This document shows, in pieces, positions 39,801 to 42,202 of a stretch of 42,202 nt of DNA; the first letter of the stretch is position 1; each line of letters begins with the position of its first letter. This DNA is from a virus (taxonomy: Duplodnaviria > Caudoviricetes), in the IMG/VR virus record IMGVR_UViG_3300037044_000216, positions 1 to 42,202 of that record; one strand, given 5' to 3'. The notes beneath the pieces were generated by a model that worked only from the letters and a program-made list of their open reading frames with translations, was not told the origin of the DNA and searched no databases. Position numbers and translations under genes: made by a program.

Positions 39801-42202
39801 ATGCCCGCTATGTCATGCGCATTTGCGAGCTTTCCGAGCACCACCTGGAGGGCGACACATCCGCGCTGCAGCGCGAACGTGATCGGCTTGAGGCCATCAT
39901 CCACGAGCGCGCCGGACTCCACGACATGGACGGGAACCCGCTTTCCGAGACGGGCGACGACATGCCCCTCCGGAAGGCATATCGACAGATGGCGCTATTA
40001 GAGCGTTATGGCGGCATGGTGGACATGTTGCCCGGCGAGATCCTGGATCTCTCAGGGAAGGCCCTCGACGCGTTCGCCCAGGAGGCCGTCGCCTTGCGCG
40101 AAAGATGGCAGGCTTATGACGACCTGGTCAAATCCATACGCGATCCGCTGGCAGCAGCGATCGCACGGAACCCCGACGATCCGAAGGCGGAGGCGACCGC
40201 AGCGGGCGCGCTGGCCGACAGCTTGACCGGGATGCTCAGGCTACGGCTTGATTTCCTGACACGCTACGCCGAGCCCAGCAAACGCGAGGCGGGGCGCGCA
40301 GCCATCGCAGACATTATGGATCTCCTGGCAAGAGGCAACACCGATTATGCGATCGCGAGGCAGGAAGACGAGGCCGCTTTAAACAGGGCCCTCGGGGAGA
40401 TCTTCCGGAGTCCGGACGGCAAGCCGGACCGGAAGCGGATCCGGGCCTACTTGCGCAGGATGGACGAGCGGATCCCGTATGAGTTATCCGCCCAGATCAG
40501 CTTGCAAGGCCACCAAGGGGCTATGACATACGGCCAGATGCTACAGCTACTTGTTTCCCTGGAGCAGACGGCGAGCTATAGCCAGAACATCGAGAAGCAC
40601 GGACGGCAGGAACAGGCCGACCTTATACGCTCGCACGTCCACGCCACGGCGGACGGCGCAACACAAAGGACGTTCACCAACGAGGACGCCCAGCTTGTCG
40701 AATGGCTGCGGCGCTCGTTCTACACAGACAAGCGCGGCGTGATATCAGTCGTGACGGACCGGATTGCCGGGCGCGGGATCGACAGCCCGGATCCGTTCTA
40801 CCATCCTGTTAAAATGCTACTACAGAAGACCAGGGCCATGCACGTCGGCGAAAATGCCTGGCAGCCGTTAGCCGGCGTCTTTAGCCGTCGCGTGAAAAAC
40901 ACGCTCGACTTTGACGAGACGGCCTCGATCCTCGATGTCTTTGAAGACCGATCTAGGGAGACCGCGCTGCTCATGGCGTTTTCCGAGCGGGGCCTTGTCT
41001 TGCGCGAGGTCCTGATTAATCAGAGCCTGCAGGACGCGATCCGGCGTTTTCACGGGGAGGCCACCCTGGCCACGATCCTAAGGCAGATCGAGCAAACCCT
41101 TAACGGCGGCAAGCCCAGAGCGCAGAGCGACGCACAGACAGCGGCGGCGGCCCTGGCCATGCGCGTTACAACCTATATCGGGCTTGGATGGAATATCCAA
41201 TCCGCAGCCAAACAGGCGGCATCCCTCCCGGCCTTTGCAAACAAGATCGGATTCAAGAAGCTTTTGGCGATCATGGCGAGCCCGGTCGACAAGGATGCGG
41301 TCAGCAGGCTGCGCAACAGCGAGGAGTATCGCGTCCGGTACGGGACCGGGCCCTCCTCGGGGATGGATATCGCCACCAAGGGAGCCTACGAGGATCCGGG
41401 CGACTCAGCTTTCAAAAAGTTCTTTGGGGACTGGGGGCTATGGGCCAACAGAAAAACAGACTGGATTATCAGCGCGTGGATCGGCCAAGCCGTCTACCGC
41501 GACCTTAAGGCCTCCATGATCGACAAAGGCATGAGCGAGGAAGAGGCAGACCGCCGGGCGATCTCCGAGACCTTCTCGATGATCGAGGAGACCCAGCAAT
41601 CCGGCCGGACCGAAAACACCATGGCGCTCACGCGCGAACACGGGATCCTGGGGAAGATGCTGACACAGTTCGCCACGTCGCCGCTGCAGCAGATGCAATA
41701 TGAAATGGCTGCCTTGCGCGAATGGCGCGACCTGGTCGCACACAAGGGCCCTGAGGCGAACATCAAAGAGGCCCGCGACCACTTCATGCGCGCAGCCTTT
41801 ATCAATCATGTCTTGATCCCAGCGGCCATGACGGCGATCACGTCACTTTATAAGGCGACCACAGGCGACGAGCCCGACTGGAAAAAGGAAGGATTCTGGT
41901 GGACGCTCCTCATATCCGCGATCATGGGGCAGTTTAGTAGGATCCTCTTCCTGGGTGCATTTACAGAACAGACCTTGCGCGCCCTCTTCCTGCGGCAGCG
42001 GCCAAACCTGGGGCAGCTTGTCCCGGCCGAGGGCGTGATCCGCTTCTCAGCCTCTCTGGCCTATCCGGTCCGGGACATCGCCACATGGGACACAGAGCAC
42101 TTGCGCGCAGACATCCTGAGGCTACTGAAATCGACAGCCGTGACGCGCCTCCCGGCCAAGCTTTACGAAAGCCTCGACGAGGAGGCTGCGGGTGCTAGAT
42201 AG
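27794..42202 (+). CDS. Giant polyvalent ejection-type protein (4802 aa)
   Basis: GGAGG RBS; HEATH (30608); DdrB/ParB ISGNGR; GNAT RQGEGIG (32561); JAB HNHPSGD (33398); ParB/Srx VIDGN; RelA/SpoT GYRD; ART-like YHQT (35885) and YHGT (36908); PRTase VILVDDV.TRGGT (38165). Occupies the T7 gp16 position. Confidence 0.9.
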   Translation: MTINPQLLKIQPGDDRENLDGISGKTMLSFDLETPETAPDEWKAAAARRISETVGVPDPDGRVWKRDGKSFTTGTEYLDFMRGMLKSGNIWEYAATPELKTFEAADQAGKTSIARKAKGFLETSADSIAKAVTPQGYGVADNDKRLAGAPQEVIDANRRMREEKEAEERFARASLASTITLDKSIKQNAQPYTPRSEAERKADKDAIDAWRAQQEDASMIASHREKLMKENAWAVWLAVAPSLSEKGYKVASGVFQERKLSGADIADFQRLDEKEQAIIAKLARTVRNPIEGGLWNTLGDAGIGFVNQLLSLPVNAAKQIGTLGESVDRIIFGKTSPLLMDTEEANRRARTEQRLMEALDDPAGINPSGAEHGYLARSLIGAVSTLPYMGYASLGPAGVTAVGLDFMQQLDDRIAAEGGDVYGKDPKWLAQKALYGALYAGIEKLSAIPIFKETSDIALKVMFLKLATRHGAAAAEKIAAYIGKETFIESLEESAQKIIEEHALSVGLDKGPGWREAVRSGIGEFGESLGTMGIIATVGAGRQGFAARRPSQKNSLFDTALSSLRRESFLLTENPYSGKAAGEASDIGTIEIAATIDGYRTAWADGGSAELSKRYKLTEDQAAILDNVFSSENELDEVARFIDGRNIFMRTASHGAAHEDATAESIRKIVAEAGEEAPAKLVEMGFTEEGARRVADFFNAAPEIRKQTEDIVSHLQKTKGEQWKAQEGDRVGEAQDIAADLQPLRALYQRSGTRDNAAKAFKEIGLAEDQAVALASAFDEERKLATSPGAAAAFRAFYLDTSEEETAAQRLKRMTGFDADPAPEHGKGAARLSVKDGSGAIKGSVLFIPDKREQFDPESDHAGEAIEEATKGMVTAAEWKALTPEQRKESAARLGVKVSGGFTITSETDPSVQADGVQAKLLTGQMTLAPDAPSATLYHEATHAWLAVMRHAGKLTEADVKKLQNRYGVAENDPNWFNEEKLADDIREIGAARDFTPDQSLAARFIKAVWKVAGAARAQQEQARASSDAIQALYENIVYGKAFDGVSDLTARQAPPKAKESPSPVAGAATAKQEKSGTAQPDPQPEAKPEQQQAAPKKAQKKADPTSWTAATPQGNLRVGGYWIIAPRGRFISDTDPRYDSTLQGRARDVTLSSAEQVNSIAAEGTFDGLRLLDAPDTANGAPVAVPVTLKNPETGKDETYFMVISGNGRFRALDKIDDDNRGDEYRNPIRMFADEKGIPYKQEEMTPEARPRLVRILTRKPVGATLQQIAGLSNQNAVLQMTDAEQASSDAEMIERDGTAGLFSANKDGLPSKTGSDAFFAWFARAAGDASLIDSKGNPTAVARDRARRAMLAVAIGKGKNGRETVMVFTEAADALGLERQRDALLMSAGFLSALEASKPGYGLSDDLSRATAAMLTIARDRKSGKTSNAETFISQGDLINPIPSEVAQLIRILDSSRPAEGVAEVFRRYADLASRIDTETPDMFGEPPTPKHELLKKATTDTEVETGTRYSLAVSKAPDAAYMKAAKRRDLDTAQKMVIQVIAENNIPAIRQIGDRLFFNGDDVGMLETQRGPGGEVEISRLYIDADRQGEGIGSAVIPYLFAQGAKRITAYPLESSWWLRQSPDAVLDDGTMVYTTPKNPRGILSADPITYDAQGNMVPISKRFNAYSSGSMRYSIALAARRYALATDMPKEGEQLIVKQLEFLFAQRMDPEYKLKTDRAAAKRKATLKEKERARIAEIGAISGDALEAHQYPELWRKAFRAAGNTVSRVIHEFFMQEGPQVFPLTYQGKPIEGMKIEKPVDVAALLMPLRNPYQESTKAIFLDDRNRIINAQVVTVGLLDSTSYHPREFFKKGIKAGAKGIIIAHNHPSGDPTPSDQDRNVTRRNIEAGKVLGIDHIDHIITNGNKFHSIREGMTHTISADKAEWEATRAGATAHIGRPEELARFAHVLKQSGDMNYIHAIMLDSKAHVQAVHRIPYTDTTFHGDIVRSVYKAAAGEPTAMILLDLTADNMTPKAAKDIHSRMLFPGQNMGMPVEDSVYIENGMLVSAKLGAAFAPQFATSAPQMEVSESEIRYSIEAAEAEEAKKVADQLFDVSLARDPGAVRLVPVEALQSDKGNPEKSITNAEGFMRAAMAGTMARREPINVALYGDGTMYVIDGNATTSAAKRMGIKAVWVQAKPALRGGSTANSALFIDNRNAYYKQSFASLDDLYAAAGEVMGGFYDTVKAIAQKAGIGFKTRTGLKKRERVEKKTSEEYNGDFNQVVDVAGATLILEEGQRFDDAIKAVKKSGLEIVRLKNGYTAESMGGYRDIKLNIKLSNGVVGEIIVIEAEILRLKDEHGHHIYKMIRDAGNRKLKTGDEKLKTALASLIDIMERVSAVYYGMSDETYEALEAALSASSLSRYAQALDSSSTNLLSVKFPAKNNLPGVLTRFPSTIFNFKQGAPSSRLSRASETTSVSSLIKNIELLLSLNNNLSLAPTGPNDNRKKRGTSEPRHGAKVERYAEAYRMLLESDADYNLVPSSFGLTQEEAVAIEIQVETEDAHLDDDEPDHEGYDVEGGGHDMVETPSIQELLTSGYQKLLNFEAGKVDIPGTTREDIILEMEYNIREFGTENPADTLGDITEAQVIEIAKDAWEYRQALNKRRASKALTNPRYSVSAEQDAAYLAAVQRGDTDTAAKMVEAAAEAAGYQFKKYHQTSGLARQAIYREGFRLDKGRARLSDEQVPDAFFFKQDPADIKIGSVDDAVQIPVYLKWWKPKLFSNRAEVEKWANEDPRYVEIKARIKKWDNENDEEFDRRWKQLVEFDRSPDAKAAKDALRADLALDEHIKAWEAGTRAMAAEARANITQRLLDEGYDAISIFRDEGSFKRVVWTTCVFTPEQIKSADPVTYDDAGQVIPLSKRFDPLSTNIRYRLETEQATNGLAWMRDYYDESHGDQQAGSARDKREQLAAEFAAVEAAHTNPNGTRKATWMTAPNGAPSELNARNWVLVRTPAFKKWFGDWEKFANGKDGNGVFADDKGEVSKAVDKNGEPLVVYHGTERFGFTIMDPEKADTHRSPMIFASSELGTARSYTGGATIRDVQDLDKAALDEVAREFYGDEESFDTLPADKRNVVEKYYRAEFVEPQSGVYPLFLNIRNPQETDFEGANWDGDREGWFEIFDEDGEKYYDRETGKGFFSDDDAEEITAELSIQTGKSYEWQEATTHHETTNTVSEDALRFGHDGVIIRNVVDDGGRGGSADISDVFVIFKSNQAKSATQNIGAFDPADNDIRYSVQTRKLEPMALPDSMAEVYSGTNIASLAQTKFKEERARHKAFVKAQEWDKAEAYARGLAEKESTALLGHYLLAKYHGDMESARIVVEKWAKPEEAYKIKLLVNRAEIFRPVLAAPLGIREGNRFNALPIEYAAWLAKQIGGDVSNPLLMSGGTPNTGATNAARSANPHTFYGGEEIDNVSPVILVDDVWTRGGTLWTAYEHIKEVNSQVNVIAFATMAVSRYGKNIRPTQNQLTSFWKKSKLTTISFKKRIGNDIEKLTGSEIHAYLITGRAGPDGAQEFFDDGQGGTGSDDQDSRQSLWGEGPEQIRYALDVSGQAYSKEDLLTGFMAHAAMTGATFPNKKTVARIAENIGVETFDYKKLSDKARELAKTTEDKAIKKAAVSGSRDKTAYAIGELARKSARAYVRSGAREGERLAKSADRIRGLTEENVRKTIQLMTAADYADLKTDTGIDIAASILAADPQKFQPQDPEEPTAAGSGEADAKGTWEDPSNPETDENAPDLSDKQRAEIRRKRKEREERVQAFLEAATKRGARNSRKEEEQKKRAADKQLAQAANGNEGAGGDGASGGKAPKRQQQEEDTPGDPINFADRWAAAALLRVWAFDRFTKENPNRRQDPANDRVAIEFYRKTAERQLSDLARKLLEPGYKREVVLSWISNLSPGLSANQVERRTAYIFGLLNRYAVREERKSLVKKFRAEIKRQFIKGERFEELDVDLGRALTGAIEEDARYVMRICELSEHHLEGDTSALQRERDRLEAIIHERAGLHDMDGNPLSETGDDMPLRKAYRQMALLERYGGMVDMLPGEILDLSGKALDAFAQEAVALRERWQAYDDLVKSIRDPLAAAIARNPDDPKAEATAAGALADSLTGMLRLRLDFLTRYAEPSKREAGRAAIADIMDLLARGNTDYAIARQEDEAALNRALGEIFRSPDGKPDRKRIRAYLRRMDERIPYELSAQISLQGHQGAMTYGQMLQLLVSLEQTASYSQNIEKHGRQEQADLIRSHVHATADGATQRTFTNEDAQLVEWLRRSFYTDKRGVISVVTDRIAGRGIDSPDPFYHPVKMLLQKTRAMHVGENAWQPLAGVFSRRVKNTLDFDETASILDVFEDRSRETALLMAFSERGLVLREVLINQSLQDAIRRFHGEATLATILRQIEQTLNGGKPRAQSDAQTAAAALAMRVTTYIGLGWNIQSAAKQAASLPAFANKIGFKKLLAIMASPVDKDAVSRLRNSEEYRVRYGTGPSSGMDIATKGAYEDPGDSAFKKFFGDWGLWANRKTDWIISAWIGQAVYRDLKASMIDKGMSEEEADRRAISETFSMIEETQQSGRTENTMALTREHGILGKMLTQFATSPLQQMQYEMAALREWRDLVAHKGPEANIKEARDHFMRAAFINHVLIPAAMTAITSLYKATTGDEPDWKKEGFWWTLLISAIMGQFSRILFLGAFTEQTLRALFLRQRPNLGQLVPAEGVIRFSASLAYPVRDIATWDTEHLRADILRLLKSTAVTRLPAKLYESLDEEAAGAR
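34966..35196 (-). CDS. Nested antisense gene (76 aa), candidate antitoxin/immunity protein
   Basis: ATG 35196 with AAGGAG 7 nt upstream and a promoter match; MFLINDDTEVVSEALESLDDGAPCLKLKIVDGK...AWAYLERLEAERAASKAS. Confidence 0.7.
   Translation of the reverse strand: MFLINDDTEVVSEALESLDDGAPCLKLKIVDGKRVKTPGKLFFAGNFTDNKFVDDESKAWAYLERLEAERAASKAS
35228..35256 (-). promoter_or_regulatory. Sigma70-type antisense promoter inside the giant ORF
   Basis: TTGTCA (35256-35251), 17 bp, TGn-TAAGCT (35233-35228); T-tract upstream of the -35. Confidence 0.65.

Larger units (their letters stand above)
1..42202. mobile_element. Temperate podovirus-like phage/prophage (partial; ends, integrase and att sites not seen)
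   Basis: Gene order repressor, excisionase-like, primase-helicase, TerS/TerL, portal, scaffold, capsid, cement, tail tube A/B, internal virion proteins. Confidence 0.93.

Overview
The window is most of a temperate, podovirus-type phage or prophage with BPP-1/epsilon15/T7-like morphogenesis gene order. Left end (1-3592, minus strand): an accessory operon behind an XRE repressor, with membrane proteins, a BglII/BstYI-like endonuclease plus MT-A70 methyltransferase pair, and YodC-like and DUF6953-like genes. Plus strand from a divergent promoter/operator: early genes (HicB-like, excisionase-like HTH, ParB-like, primase-helicase with iteron-like repeats), terminases, portal, scaffold, capsid, cement, three signal-peptide-bearing genes, holin/lipoprotein, tail tube genes and internal virion proteins. 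It ends in a 4802-aa polyvalent ejection-type protein whose domains (metallopeptidase, DdrB/ParB, GNAT, RadC/JAB, ParB/Srx, RelA/SpoT, two ART-like, PRTase) are separated by a recurring R-Y-[S/A/R] motif. The top finding is an apparently complete antisense gene, with its own promoter and RBS, nested inside the giant ORF right after the RelA/SpoT-like domain; it is a candidate antitoxin. GGATCC also looks strongly over-represented. All family calls come from motif recognition by eye, not database searches.
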